Origin: Podarcis liolepis
Lineage: Eukaryota
NCBI GenBank assembly: GCA_965112155.1
Contig: OZ218099.1
Reading direction: 5' to 3' (one strand)
Length of the DNA stretch: 64,000 nt
In this document: in pieces, positions 63,693 through 64,000 of the stretch
Layout: the number at the start of each line of letters is the position of its first letter
How positions within the stretch are numbered: position 1 is the first letter of the stretch
Translations under genes and position numbers: made by a program
The notes under the pieces: model-generated
Seen by the model: only the letters and a program-made list of their open reading frames with translations
Databases searched by the model: none
Told to the model about the DNA's origin: nothing

Positions 63693-64000
63693 CAGGGGTC
63701 AGCAAACTTTTTCAGCAGGGGGCTGGCCTACTCTCCCTCAGACCTTGTGGGGGGCCGGACTATTTTTTTTTGGGGGGGGGGGGGAAATCACCAAATTCCT
63801 ATGCCCCACAAATAACCCAGATATACATTTTAATAAAAGCACACATTCTACTCATGTAAAAACACCAGGCAGGCACCACGAATAACCCAGAGATGCATTT
63901 TAAATAAAAGGACACATTCTACTCATGTAAAAACACACTGATTCCCAGACTGTCCATTGGCCAGATTTAGAAAGCGATTGGGCTGGATTAGGCCCCCGGG
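63693..64000 (+). mobile_element. hAT MITE family B copy 3 (long variant, cut by the window end), inserted in CR1
   Basis: Starts CAGGGGTCAGCAAACTTTTTCAGCAGGGGG. Carries an internal ~70-bp tandem duplication absent from copies 1 and 2. Confidence 0.85.

Overview
Vertebrate genomic DNA, almost certainly from a squamate. The Sauria-type SINE, Bov-B, Squam3-like SINEs and MITE set suggest a lacertid lizard. The one recognisable gene is the taurine transporter SLC6A6 on the + strand. Its CpG-island promoter (~28.3-30 kb) has a TonE/NFAT5 element about 80 bp upstream of a TATA box. A predicted non-coding exon 1 and a candidate 36-nt non-coding exon 2 (38568-38603) follow. Four coding exons (229, 135, 235 and 133 coding nt) splice in frame to give residues 1-244; the gene continues past the window. 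The first 28 kb is intergenic. Nearly all other ORFs in the track are spurious. The window is rich in mobile elements: hAT MITEs with 8-bp TSDs, TA-flanked Tc1/mariner MITEs, a clean solo LTR, and CR1, L2, L1, Bov-B and SINE fragments. The most notable observations are: (1) a 91-bp Penelope-like insertion that is mostly an intact minimal hammerhead ribozyme, in sense within the SLC6A6 intron, whose helix I is completed by the host target site; (2) a ~225-bp foldback with a decayed hammerhead in each arm; (3) TA-CCG-TA / TA-CGG-TA apparent excision scars matching the termini of a MITE in the same window. I see no convincing wholly new multi-gene system. Family names come from recognition, not database searches.
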